From an uncultured delta proteobacterium (lineage in GTDB: Bacteria > Desulfobacterota > Binatia > UBA9968), in NCBI GenBank assembly GCA_963804165.1, contig CAWDPO010000017.1:192001-256000 (forward strand): a stretch of DNA of 64,000 nt. The letters run 5' to 3'. Position numbers and translations under genes: made by a program. Numbering within the stretch: the first letter of the stretch is position 1; every line of letters starts with the position of its first letter. Shown in pieces: positions 1-10,235 of the stretch. The notes beneath the pieces were generated by a model. The model was not told where the DNA came from, searched no databases, and saw only the letters and a program-made list of their open reading frames with translations.

Positions 1-162
1 TTCCGAAACGAGAGCAGAGATTACGGCAGTATCAGCGGCGGCCGCGGTTATTTCGGTTGGCCGCAGGCGGCGACTGCGGAAACAGGCAAGCAGCTTGTCG
101 CTATCCGTGGGCAGAATATCGCAAATGTGATTCTGAAGGCGTGGGGCACGCCGGGATCGTGA
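1..162 (+). CDS. 3' end of creatininase-family protein (partial, runs off window)
   Basis: Frame 1 reads ...GRGYFGWPQAATAETGKQLVAIRGQNIANVILKAWGTPGS*, resembling the creatininase C-terminal GxxGxPxxATAExG motif. Confidence 0.6.
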   Translation, partial: FRNESRDYGSISGGRGYFGWPQAATAETGKQLVAIRGQNIANVILKAWGTPGS

Positions 163-220
163 AACGTGTTCAGGGCTCGTGCTCGGAATCCAACATGTTC
201 ACGGGACACGAGCACGAATC

Positions 221-1081
221 TTATTTTACCAACGCGATGGCGATCACACCAGCGACGACAGACAACGTTCCGATCACGCTTGCCAGAGTAAATTGTTCCA
301 CACGACGCAGAAAAATCGCGCCGAGCAGCGCCGTCCAAATCGGCGAGATCGCCGTAATAGGGGAGACAGTCACGACTGAACCCACCGAAAAGGCGTGGAG
401 CATGAACAACACCGCCATCGTTTGCCGAGACCACTGAAGAGAAACGGCCAGAGCGCTCGCCGATCCCAGACGAGTTTTTCCGTATTGGCCGGGGTATGAT
501 AGTAGGCGGCAAACGAAAGCAGCGAAATCGGTCCCACCAGGGCGGCAAAAAAGAGCGGCTCATTGGACTGCAGGAGCGCATAGCGCCGTAGCGGATGAAC
601 CACCGCAGAGATCGCTGCCGTGATCAGTGGATAAATGAAATAGAGCCAGCGAAAATCTTTGAATTGTTCGTCCAGCTTCCAAGAGCTGAGCACGATACCG
701 GCCATAATCAGCGCAAATCCTATGGCGCCGAGAAAGGTTATTCGCTCGCCGAGGAAAATCATACCGATCAGCACGCTCAAAACCGGATAGGAATTGCGCA
801 GTGATCGCGCGCGAGGTGCCGATCTTCTCCATACCTTTGTATTGAAAGAACCGCATGGCTGGCTGCACGATGCCGGTCAGCAAGATTGCGCCGGCACCCA
901 ACCAGGCAACGGTTGGAATACCGCCAGTCATAAACACCGCGAGCCAGAGCACAATGGTATGGATGATTAGCGACACGAACGTTGCCGTCAAAGGCGTGGA
1001 GTATCGCATGCCATGCCTCACCGTGACGTTGGAGACGCCAAAAGAGAGGGCGGTGAGCCAGGCGAAGAACTGCGGAGACAT
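221..1081 (-). CDS. DMT/EamA family transporter (frameshifted, 3 ORF pieces)
   Basis: ORFs 560-1081, 370-780 and 221-418 join into a 10-TM EamA-like protein (GERIT..GAIG, SVGSVVTVSPI..SPIW..LLGAIFL). Confidence 0.8.
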
Positions 1082-1258
1082 GTTTGAAAAGGATGAGGGA
1101 TAAAGGCGGAAGAATGAAGTCGGACTTGCTAATGATTCCTTAGGGTGTATCTGTTAGTGCGGTTAACTTACACGAGATTCGACTTCGGTGAAACTAAGAT
1201 TGCAAAGTGACGGGTGCGGGGAGTAAAAGCGGCAAGACCCAACCAAAAGGAGGATGCC

Positions 1259-1630
1259 ATGGCTTTCAGAATCAACCATCTTCATCTCAAGACGCCGGAT
1301 CCGAAAAAGACCGCCGACTTTTACGTCGAGTACACCGGAGCGAAAGTCGTCAAAGAAAACACCAGACCCGATGGCAGCAAAAACTTTCGCTTGGACCTGC
1401 ACGGCGTGGAGCTCAACGTCACGCAGTTTCTCGAAGAACAGAAATTGGGCCAGTTCTACGGTCTCGAACATGTCGCCATCGACACCAACAACTTCGACGG
1501 CGAAGTCAATAAGATCAAATCCGCCGGCTTGAAAATCCTCGAAGAGCGCGTGCTGCCCGACGGTCGGCGGGTTTGTTTCTTCGAAGGGCCGGAAGGGGTG
1601 CGCCTGGAGTTTCTGGAGTGGAAGCAATAG
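1259..1630 (+). CDS. VOC/glyoxalase family protein
   Basis: RINHLHLK...GLEHVAI...CFFEGPEGVRLEFLE; GAGG RBS before ATG 1259. Confidence 0.9.
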   Translation: MAFRINHLHLKTPDPKKTADFYVEYTGAKVVKENTRPDGSKNFRLDLHGVELNVTQFLEEQKLGQFYGLEHVAIDTNNFDGEVNKIKSAGLKILEERVLPDGRRVCFFEGPEGVRLEFLEWKQ

Positions 1631-1643
1631 GCCACGAAGGCGT

Positions 1644-1720
1644 TGGAGTATTGGAGTGATGGAGTACTGGGTTTTTCTCCAATCCCATTATTTCAACATT
1701 CCACTACTCATCACTCCAAG
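1644..1720. repeat. REP-like intergenic palindrome (GGAGT(A/G)ATGGAGT unit family)
   Basis: TTGGAGTGATG...CATCACTCCAA inverted arms with short tandem units; a partial copy lies at ~19411-19432. Confidence 0.7.
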
Positions 1721-1729
1721 CTTAGGGTT

Positions 1730-2708
1730 TTATTTCTCGCGGAGCGCTTTCTCCAGCGGTCCGTTATCTCGGAACGGCTCGGGCCAGCCGATGTAATCCT
1801 TGAATTCCGGGCGGGCTTTGACGAGATCGTGGATTACATTCTCGATGCCTTTATCCGGGACGATAAGGCGCGGGCTTGAACAAGCGGGCATAAGCCTCGA
1901 CGGTTTTCTTGGTGATCGCTGCGTCTTTCTCGCGCATCCATTTGGTGAATGATTTTTCGGCGAAGCGAAGATCTTTTTTGATTAAGTGAATTCCCGCCAC
2001 GTAAGCGCGCAAGAATTCGTGCGTAGTTTTGGGTTCGGCTTTGATAAACGCCCGGCTGCTGGTGACGCACGATGAGGGGTAGATGAGATCGGTGGTGCTG
2101 AGATCGACGAGTACCGGCCAGCCGCGCTGTAAAAATGGAATTGCGTAGCGTGTGGTGAGGGCGGCGGCAGCGATGGCGCCGCGGTCGAGCGCCACGACCA
2201 TCTCCGGCCCTGCGCCGAGTTGGAGAATCGTCATATCTTTTTCCGGGTTCAAGCCGACGTGCTTGAGCGCGGCGCGCAAATAAAAGTGTGTCGTCGAGCC
2301 GTAGCGCGTAACGGCGCTGGCCTGGCCTTTTAAATCTTGCGCCGATTTTATTTCCGGCCGCGTGATTAAATAAACGGGGTCGGCGTCGACGGGACACGCC
2401 AATAAAACTACGTCGCCGCCCGCCGCCCGGGCAGCCACGACGGACTCGGCGCCAGCACCGGAAAACGGCAAATCACCCGTGATGATGGCCAACGTAATTA
2501 GAGAGCCGCCGCGGACTTGAACCACCTCGACGTTAAGTCCGGCTTTCTCGAAGAACCCGGCGTCTTTGGCGACCCAGATGGGCAGATGGGACGGTGAAGC
2601 GGTGGTGCCATAGAGAATCCGTTTGAGTTCTGCGGCATATCCGTGATGGTGAGTTGAACAGAGCGATGCCAGGGAAAGAAAAAACAGAGTTCGGCAAATC
2701 GGGCTCAT
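1730..2708 (-). CDS. ABC transporter substrate-binding protein, NMT1/SsuA-like (C-terminal frameshift)
   Basis: Signal peptide, PIWVAKDAGFF, DLKG..AVTRYGS; the C-terminus continues in another frame to TAA 1730-1732 by comparison with its paralogs. Confidence 0.88.
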
Positions 2709-3673
2709 AATTTCGGCAAGGCTCGCTCCAACGGAGCATGATCACGGAACAGCTCCGGGTGGCCGATAAGCTCTTTCGGCACCGGACGCTGGTTCGCTAG
2801 ATCTTTGAGGATGTTTTCAATTCCTTTGTCCGGCACATACGGTGCTGCCTTGAACAAACGGACGAAGGCTTCCACGGATCTGGTCAAGTTCGCCGATTCT
2901 TTTTCCTTCAGCCATTTAATCAAAGTTCGTTCAGCGAGCTTTGCATCCTTCTTGATCATCTGAATCGCGCTCACATACGTGTTCAGGAAAGCAGTGACGG
3001 TTTTAGGCTCGGCTTTGACAAATGCGCGGCTGCTGGTCACGCAAGATGACGGATAGACTAGATCGGTTTTGCTCAAATCGACGAGCACCGGCCAGTTGCG
3101 CTGCATGAACGGTAAGACATCGCGTATCGTCAATGCGGCCGCGGCGATTCTGCCACTCTCCAGCGCACTGACGATCTCCGGGCTGCCGCCGAGCTGGAGG
3201 AGAGTCATCTCTTTGTCGGAGTCCACGCCGACCATTCTCGCAGCGTTGCGGAGATAAAAATGGATCGACGAGTTGAGGCGCGTGATTCCGGCCGCTTTCC
3301 CTTTGAGATCGGACGGAGATTTTATCTCGGGGCGCGCGATGAGAGACACCGGCTCCAGATCCGTGGGGCACGCAAGCAACACAATGTCGCCCCCCTCGAC
3401 ACGGGCGGCGACCACCGAGCCGGCGCCGACGCCGGAAAGAACCGTTTGGCTGCTCATAATCGCCATGGTGCTGACCGCGCCGCCGCGAATCTGTACCGGT
3501 TCGACGTTCAGGCCGTTCTTGGCGAAAAGCCCCGTGTCTTTGCCGACCCAGACCGGTAAATGCGCGATGGAAGTCGAGGTGCCGTAGAGGATGCGTTTTA
3601 ACTCCTGCGCGTAAGCTGACGGCTGGCTGAGCAGCAGCGCGACGGCTATAAAAAAGACTCGAGCGACTTTCAT
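2705..3673 (-). CDS. ABC transporter substrate-binding protein, NMT1/SsuA-like
   Basis: 322 aa paralog of both neighbours, ATGA overlaps. Confidence 0.9.
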   Translation of the reverse strand: MKVARVFFIAVALLLSQPSAYAQELKRILYGTSTSIAHLPVWVGKDTGLFAKNGLNVEPVQIRGGAVSTMAIMSSQTVLSGVGAGSVVAARVEGGDIVLLACPTDLEPVSLIARPEIKSPSDLKGKAAGITRLNSSIHFYLRNAARMVGVDSDKEMTLLQLGGSPEIVSALESGRIAAAALTIRDVLPFMQRNWPVLVDLSKTDLVYPSSCVTSSRAFVKAEPKTVTAFLNTYVSAIQMIKKDAKLAERTLIKWLKEKESANLTRSVEAFVRLFKAAPYVPDKGIENILKDLANQRPVPKELIGHPELFRDHAPLERALPKL

Positions 3674-4644
3674 GATTTCGATAGCACCCTGTCAAGCGGA
3701 CCGTTGTCGCGAAACAGCTCTGGACGGCCGATGAATTCTTTCGTCACGGGCCGTCGACTGGCCAGGTCTTTTATTACGGTTTCGATACCCTTGTCCGGCA
3801 CATAAGGCGGTGACTTAAACAACTTCGCATAAGACTCGACGGTCTTCTTAATCAAATGCGGATCTTTTTCTCTTAGCCACTTGGCGAAGGTTCTCTCTGC
3901 GAAGTTTTGATCTTTCTTAATCAATTGGATTGCCGCGACATAGGCGCGCAGAAAATCGTCGACTACTTTCGGCTCGGCCTTCACAAAGGCGCGGCTGCTG
4001 GCGACACAAGACGAAGGATAAATTAATTCGGTAGTGCTCAAGTCGACGAACATCGGCCAACCTCGTTGTAACAGCGGGATGGCATAGCGGTTGGTCAGCG
4101 CGGCCATGGAAATGCGGTTGCTCTCCATCGCTGATACGGCCTCCGTGCCGGTGCCGAGTTGCAAAATCGTGACGTCCTTTTCGGGATCGAGACCTACGTG
4201 GCGCAACGCCGCGCGCAAATAGAAATGGGTTGTTGAACCCAAACGGGTCACCGCCGTCGCTTTGCCCTTTAGCTCAGCGACAGATTTAATTTCCGGCCGC
4301 GCGATCAAATAGACAGGATCCGAATCGACGGGACAAGCGAGAAGGACAATGTCGCCGCCTTCCACGCGCGCGGCTACGGCGGATTCGGCTCCCGCGCCGG
4401 AAAATTGCAGCTGCCCGCTCATGATGCCCATCGTGATCAGTGCACCGCCGCGGATATGCACCGGCTCGACGTTCAAACTGTTCTTGGCAAAAAGTCCTGC
4501 GTCCTTGGCGACCCAGATCGGTAGATGCGCCGTCGATGTAGTCGTTCCGTAGTGAATACGGCGAAGCTCCTGCGCCGGCGCGGACGAAGATAAGCCGAAT
4601 AAGACATAGACACTGAGCAAACAGAGGAATGACTTCTGGCGCAT
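3670..4644 (-). CDS. ABC transporter substrate-binding protein, NMT1/SsuA-like
   Basis: 324 aa, HLPIWVAKDAGLF, ELKGK..AVTRLGS. Confidence 0.9.
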   Translation of the reverse strand: MRQKSFLCLLSVYVLFGLSSSAPAQELRRIHYGTTTSTAHLPIWVAKDAGLFAKNSLNVEPVHIRGGALITMGIMSGQLQFSGAGAESAVAARVEGGDIVLLACPVDSDPVYLIARPEIKSVAELKGKATAVTRLGSTTHFYLRAALRHVGLDPEKDVTILQLGTGTEAVSAMESNRISMAALTNRYAIPLLQRGWPMFVDLSTTELIYPSSCVASSRAFVKAEPKVVDDFLRAYVAAIQLIKKDQNFAERTFAKWLREKDPHLIKKTVESYAKLFKSPPYVPDKGIETVIKDLASRRPVTKEFIGRPELFRDNGPLDRVLSKS

Positions 4645-4659
4645 CTTATCGGTCCCCGG

Positions 4660-5130
4660 TCATTTGCTGAAGTATGCAGCTTCGGCCTTTTCCTGGTCGT
4701 AGGGAACGAACTGGTTTGTGCCCGGGCCGCGTATCTCCGGTTTCTCGCCTTCGTCGAACAGCGCCGCGGCGCTATCTCCGGCGCGTCCGCCGATCAGTCC
4801 GGGAGCATGCGCTTCCGCGACAGTGGCATCTTTGTCCGAACGGTTGAAGGCCCAATGCACCGTATTGGCGGGGATACGATGGAAGTCGCCTTGCTTACAG
4901 AGGTAACCTTTGTCTTTAACGAAAAACCAAATCTCGCCTTCCAATACGTAGTTGATCTGTTCGGACTCATGCTGGTGCGGCTTGGTGTGATAACCCGGCC
5001 TTCTGGTCGCGATCATCAGGCTGCACTCGTTACCGTAGCCTTTGCGGACAGTCATGGCACCGGTTCCGGCCTCTCCGGTCTGAACTCGGTTGTATTCTGG
5101 AACTTCGTTGCTCTTGACGTGTAGCGACAT
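4660..5130 (-). CDS. cupin domain protein
   Basis: HTKPHQHESEQINYVLEGE...GDFHRIPANTVH cupin motifs; GGAGG RBS before ATG 5130. Confidence 0.9.
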   Translation of the reverse strand: MSLHVKSNEVPEYNRVQTGEAGTGAMTVRKGYGNECSLMIATRRPGYHTKPHQHESEQINYVLEGEIWFFVKDKGYLCKQGDFHRIPANTVHWAFNRSDKDATVAEAHAPGLIGGRAGDSAAALFDEGEKPEIRGPGTNQFVPYDQEKAEAAYFSK

Positions 5131-5284
5131 AAAAATCCTCCCTTTGAATTGGATCGTAATGTAGCTAATTGCTACGCTATATCCCGCCCATTGGTCAAGC
5201 TGGATTGTCGAGTTGAAAGCTCGATCGGTTGACTCCGTTGACAGCAAGCGGTCATGGAAGTAAAGGAATGGTCGAGGTTAATGA

Positions 5285-6262
5285 ATGAAGGCACTCCCGG
5301 CGTTCCTATTTCTTCTTTCATTAGTGTCTTTCGCGGCTCCGGTTTCCGCACAGAAACTGATGCTTGCTCATGTAGCGGTGAATCCAAGCCAAGGCATGCT
5401 GCATCTGGCAAAGGACTCCGGAATTCTCGCCAAGTACGGTTTTACGGCAGACGTGCTCTTGATCCCCGGCACGCCGCGGACGATCCAGGCGTTGATTGCC
5501 GGCGATCTCGATTACGTCGCGGCCGGCGCGCCGGCATCGCTCCGAGCGCGGGCTCAAGGCGCCGATGTGACGATCCTCTCGACTCTCGCCAACTCCTCGG
5601 CCCAGCGCGTCTTCATCCGGCCCGATTCTAAATTGAACAGTTTCATGGACCTCAAAGGCAAGCTCATCGGCGTCACTCAATACGGCTCCGGAGGCGATAC
5701 CTTTCTGCGCGGAGCCTTGCGTAAGCACGGCATCAAGGAATCCGAAGTCACCATCCTGCAGATGGGCGGCACGCCGGGAGTGGCGCAGGGCTTGGAGTCT
5801 GGGCGCATCGAAGTCGGTGTGCTGGGCGATTCGGGCTTGTTGTTGGTTTTTCGCGGCCGGGCAAAACCCTTGAAAGGCGCCAGCGCGCGCGAAATGGGTT
5901 TCCGCGGCACCGACGCGCCGCTCACGACCACTGACCGTAAGATCAAAGGCGACCGTGCAGCCGTCGTGCGCTTCATGCAGGCGTATATCGAGACCGTGCA
6001 CTTTTTTCAGACCAACAAACCTGCCACCGCTCGCCTCCTCTCAAAGTACATGCGTGGCGTCAGCGAAGAGCACATTTCACTGTGGTGCGATGATTTGCGC
6101 TCGTTGATCCGGCAAGTGCCCTACCCCGACGAAGAGGCGCTGCGCACCGAGTTGGAGATGATGAACATCCCGGGCGGACAGATTCCGCCCGGTTATATCA
6201 ACAACAGCATTCTCGACGAGATAAAAAAAAGCGGGTTCATAGACAAATTGTATAAACAATAA
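5285..6262 (+). CDS. ABC transporter substrate-binding protein, NMT1/SsuA-like
   Basis: Signal peptide, DLKGKLIGVTQYGS, PYP..EAL. Confidence 0.88.
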   Translation: MKALPAFLFLLSLVSFAAPVSAQKLMLAHVAVNPSQGMLHLAKDSGILAKYGFTADVLLIPGTPRTIQALIAGDLDYVAAGAPASLRARAQGADVTILSTLANSSAQRVFIRPDSKLNSFMDLKGKLIGVTQYGSGGDTFLRGALRKHGIKESEVTILQMGGTPGVAQGLESGRIEVGVLGDSGLLLVFRGRAKPLKGASAREMGFRGTDAPLTTTDRKIKGDRAAVVRFMQAYIETVHFFQTNKPATARLLSKYMRGVSEEHISLWCDDLRSLIRQVPYPDEEALRTELEMMNIPGGQIPPGYINNSILDEIKKSGFIDKLYKQ

Positions 6263-6603
6263 AAGTCGCCTCCGGTATGGCGGCGCGTCGGGTTCTCCCT
6301 CTCCCCACAGTCCGTTTTCACGTTCGGCCTCAACGACTTAACCCCCGGTTTGCAATCCTTCCCTCGAAGGTGGTGTAAACGAAAATAAAACTTGCGCTGC
6401 CGCCGCGAGGCGCGCCTTTGTCAACGAAATGTAAATGTTCACCCGAGGTCGATTCAAGCGCTTTCTCGTTTGAGTTCAATTCGCGGGCCTCGGTCATTCG
6501 ACGCTACTTCGCTCAACTTTGACAAAGTCTCATTGAAGTCGGTCGCGCTTCGCCGCTGTGCCGTGAGCATGCGCTTAATACCGGCAATATCCTCTTTCAA
6601 TGC

Positions 6604-6952
6604 TCATCGTTCAGTGCTCCCCTCCACATCCTCGGGCTTCCTCGTGAACATTTGGAACAACTCCGCAGGAACCAAGCCCGCCTCGACCGACGCCCGGCAC
6701 GTGTCCGCAACGTCCTGGTAGCTCTCCGCCTTGGGCGTCTCCTGCGGCGGCTGCGCGTAGTATCCGGCCTGTTTGGCACGGGCAGCCTGCTGAGCAGCAA
6801 TGCCAAAGCATTCTTGTCGCCATTCAAGGCCCGCGACCACAATGTTTGTGCGAGTAACGCGACCGGTGGACGCCGCTGTCGGTCGCGCGGGGGTTGCTGC
6901 GCTCCGCGAGCTTTAACAGTTCCGACTCTAACGACGTCTTGCGCTTACTCAT
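6604..6952 (-). CDS. hypothetical phage-like protein (possible homopolymer frameshift near 6890)
   Basis: ATG overlaps the end of the RHH gene; losing one base from the G5 run joins it to ORF 6604-6840; its TGA overlaps the ATG of a further ~50 aa ORF (6455-6607). Confidence 0.4.
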
Positions 6953-7127
6953 TCGCAGCCTCCGCCGCTGGGATTTTGTCGAGCAAGCGCTTCAATCGGA
7001 GTCGCAAGCTGAGGCGCGTCACCTCGGACAGGTTTACGCCGATGCGCTCCGACGCCTCGTTGAGTTTCCGCTTGTGTGCTTCGGTGATCTTGACTTGCAA
7101 CAGGTGGTCGAATCTCGTCACGCGCAT
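6945..7127 (-). CDS. ribbon-helix-helix (CopG/Arc-like) DNA-binding protein
   Basis: 60 aa: LLQVKIT (beta) - EAHKRKLNEASERIG - VNLSEVTRLSL (GxxxSExxR pattern); GGAG RBS. Confidence 0.7.
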   Translation of the reverse strand: MRVTRFDHLLQVKITEAHKRKLNEASERIGVNLSEVTRLSLRLRLKRLLDKIPAAEAANE

Positions 7128-7146
7128 AGTCTCCGTGCCCCGAAAT

Positions 7147-7201
7147 AAAAAAAGGCCAAGAGGAGAATCCGCCGATTCACGGCGGCCCTGCCCTTGGCCT
7201 T
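7147..7201 (-). terminator. long hairpin plus U-tract directly upstream of the RHH gene (leader terminator)
   Basis: AAGGCCAAG/CTTGGCCTT outer stem, CCGCCG/CGGCGG inner stem, followed by a T run on the minus strand. Confidence 0.55.
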
Positions 7202-7380
7202 GTGAAAAACAAACTACCCTTTACTTGCTCTTACACTAACGCCGCATAGGGTGCGAAATCAAGAAATTTTCACACCGAAGTCCCCATGTCTGAAAATTTC
7301 TCAGAGTTGGCCCGTCGGTAAAAAAACGGCACCTGAGTACAACCCCCATAGCCGGAGCTGCTCAGCGGCTCCGCGGTTTA

Positions 7381-7473
7381 GTCCAACACGTTTTATCCCC
7401 TTAGCGATACTCCAGCGCCATCAAGCAACTTGATTGCCGCCAACCTTTACGGATAAAACGCTATACGTTAGGC
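7381..7473 (+). other. attI-like (or atypical attC) recombination site ending in core GTTAGGC
   Basis: GTCCAAC...CGTTTTATCC / GGATAAAACG...GTTAGGC; the core is the exact reverse complement of GCCTAAC closing the next cassette. Confidence 0.55.
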
Positions 7474-7539
7474 ATCAAGAGCGTGCACTCAATGGATACC
7501 GCCGTGTATCGTGATGGTGCTCACCAAGAGCTGCGCAGC

Positions 7540-8288
7540 ATGCGCGTTGTGTCGTGGAATATTCGCCATGGCGGCGGGCGGCGGCAAGATGCCATCTATC
7601 ATGCCCTCGTCGGCCACACACCGGACATCATCATCCTCACCGAGTATCGCCCGAGTGCCACCGTGTCTCTGCTTGGGCGCCTCGCTGCAGCAGGCTGGCC
7701 GCACGCGTTAACTTCCGATCCGGCGCCGCGCTGCAATGGCATAGCCATTCTGTCGCGAGAGCTACTCGATTGAACGTTGCCCGCCCGGGCCCCTGCCACT
7801 GCAGGGTTGGGTGGAAGTCGAAGTTCCAGCGTACGGCTTGGCCATTGGCGCCGTCTATGTCCCGGTCCGGGGACGAGACCTCTCGAAGAAGACCGCTTAC
7901 TGGTGCGGCATACTGCAGGCAGCCGCGGTGAGACGAGACGAGGCGTTCCTCTTCGTGGGCGATTGGAATACGGGTGCATCAATCGGAGACGCGGAGCCAG
8001 AGGGCCGTGGATTCAGCTGCTCCAAGCACTTCGCTGCCATGCCGAAGCATGGGTTCGTTGAGGCGTGGCGCCTACTTCACCCGAATCAGCGGTCATTCTC
8101 TTGGTACAGTCGACGCAATGGTAAAGACCTGCATGGCTTTCGTATCGACCATGCTTTCGTTGGAGCAGCTTCGTGAACGACTGGTCTCGTGCGCAGACGA
8201 CATCGAGCGGTTCGCCGCCACCTCGGACCACGCGGCGCTCCTGGTCGATCTTCGACTTCCCTTGACGCATGTCGTCTTACACGCCTAA
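7540..8288 (+). CDS. endonuclease/exonuclease/phosphatase (ExoIII-like) protein, gene cassette, frameshifted
   Basis: MRVVSWNI, PDIIILTE, GDWN, RIDHAF and SDHAAL motifs across three frames. Confidence 0.85.
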
Positions 8289-8379
8289 CAACATGTTGCA
8301 GCGGACACCCACCACGGTCATTCTCGAACAGCAACCACCTGCATTGATTGGTGGGTGTCGCTGAACATGGGCGTTATGC
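8283..8379 (+). other. integron attC site
   Basis: GCCTAAC...GTTATGC; arms CATGTT-g-CAGCG-g-ACACCCACCA / TGGTGGGTGT-CGCTG-AACATG with two extrahelical bases; overlaps the gene stop codon. Confidence 0.9.
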
Positions 8380-8387
8380 GTAAAGGT

Positions 8388-8657
8388 ATGAAGTCGGCAG
8401 CGATTGCTGCAGTAGCGCTACTGGGACTCGCATGGGTGGCCCTTGTCGTAACCGATACACGGATTCTAGTGGAGGAGAAGCTGATCCGGCCAGGCCAGAG
8501 GTATGTGGTCGAGGGCTATGGTGATCTGGCGCAAAACAGCCAAGCCTCTTTGGTCTGCCGGTACTTCAACGGGCGCCGCGTGCTCTCGACGGTGTTCTGG
8601 CACGCACCGAACAACTTCATGGGTCGCGATAGCTGCCCGGTCATTTCACGTGGTTAG
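8388..8657 (+). CDS. hypothetical membrane-anchored protein (second cassette, attC lost)
   Basis: Starts just after the attC core; N-terminal hydrophobic helix and two Cys; only TAAC remains after the stop. Confidence 0.6.
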   Translation: MKSAAIAAVALLGLAWVALVVTDTRILVEEKLIRPGQRYVVEGYGDLAQNSQASLVCRYFNGRRVLSTVFWHAPNNFMGRDSCPVISRG

Positions 8658-8745
8658 TAACGACTCAGGGGGAACGCATGGCTCGAACTGAGTGATTTGG
8701 TCGCGCCCCTTGGTCTTCGCCATTTAGCTTATATTCCCGCCTCCG

Positions 8746-8973
8746 TCAGCTCTTTTTCCACCTGATAAAACTCCTCCCGTGGTATGCCGTACGCGTCGAG
8801 TATTCGATGCACCCGTCCAACAGGCTGTCCTCGTCGGCGACTTTGCCCGCCTTGTTTTGGATAATGAGGCAGAGCGCGCCGCGCAGGACCTTCGAGCGCG
8901 GGTCATTCAGCCGCTTTGGGTAGTGCTCGGTCCACAGCGGGCCGATCTCGTGGTCGGGTATGTGGTCGTCCAT
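8746..8973 (-). CDS. hypothetical protein
   Basis: MDDHIPDHEIGPLW... portion of ORF 8746-9207; no family recognised. Confidence 0.35.
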   Translation of the reverse strand: MDDHIPDHEIGPLWTEHYPKRLNDPRSKVLRGALCLIIQNKAGKVADEDSLLDGCIEYSTRTAYHGRSFIRWKKS

Positions 8974-9287
8974 GGGGTGGAAAAATCTCAGTCCGTCACG
9001 ACCAGGCAGATGGGCGAGCCCTCTAAAAGGGATTGACCCAGTAACTCGGCGAATTAGCAAGGAACAAACGATCAGGACACCGCAAAATATAGTGAAGAAA
9101 AGAGACGGATAGGCGAGACCGCCGAGCCTGTGACACAAATTTGCAAAGTCTTTTTTCACCGCTTTGCCCCGTTCACGAGAATTGCCATTGGCCGCTAGCT
9201 CATCCAAAGTTCCTCAACGAAACCTATCAAGTTGAGGAAACGGAAAGTTAATCGGTCCCGCAGGCAATGATCAGCGCCAGTGGCGGA

Positions 9288-9942
9288 TCATGTTCTATCT
9301 GGCATTTGCTCAACATAAGACTTGGATAAATGCTCGATCTCGATCCAGTTGGCCGTTAGTTTAATCAATGTAACAAGATCGCCAACATCATGGTCCGTCC
9401 ACCGGCGTAGATAGTGAGTCTCGTCATTTCCTAGCCAGAGACAGCGCTTCGCAACAGCTTGAATCCGCGCATCCTGAATATACTCGCTTACGACCACGCC
9501 TGAGAATTTTTTCTCGATGTCTTTTTCTTTGTCCGGCGTGAGCGACTTCGCATAGTCTTTAATAAGGAACTCAAACGCTTTTCGGTAACCTGGTCCGGCG
9601 ATCCGCCGACAATCCAAGCTGACGTGCCTCTTCAGCTTCATCGAAGACGGCGACGAATGTCGGCGATATCTTTGCCACAGATTCTGGGAATTGCGACGGG
9701 AGAGGTTTGATAGGCTTGACCGAAAGCAAAGAGCCCTGTCCCGTTCGTCCGTAGTATCCAATAAAGAAACTCCGGCAACCCTGATACGCGCATCGATATA
9801 CGACTTGGACACCATTGCGCTGATCGACTTCGTCCGAACGGATAATTTCTAATTGGCTATGACGATGGCAAATTGGACAAGGATCGGGTACGTCGATACT
9901 ATACCCGTGATTCCCGACAGTAATTGATCCTCGAACTGGCAT
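9288..9942 (-). CDS. DUF4145 (HEPN-like) domain protein, frameshifted
   Basis: N-terminal CPxC zinc knuckle, GYRKAFEFLIKDY and WLGNDETHY motifs. Confidence 0.75.
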
Positions 9943-10235
9943 AAAATGGGGACATGAGTAGAGTGGTACAAACCCGACATTATCAAGTAGCGGCGGAAAA
10001 TGGAAAGAGAATCACGCCAGCCCAGGTAGTAGGACTCCATCGCAGGACGGTTAAGGTACCGATCCGGGCACCGCAATCTCGCCACTTCTATGCCCCGAGA
10101 GAATGTGCATGGTGAACACTATCTTGGTCCATGCGCCCTTGCTCTGCCACAGAGGGCGGCGCGTTTCAAATAGAAAAATGCCCGGCCGAAATGCAGTTCA
10201 GTTTTGAACTGGATGAACCTGGGCTCATGCTAAGT

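Noticed and set aside
6263-6310. Similarity to 17441-17482 and 17614-17625 as island att or inverted ends
   Set aside because: Matches are short and gapped, and no tRNA or integrase supports them
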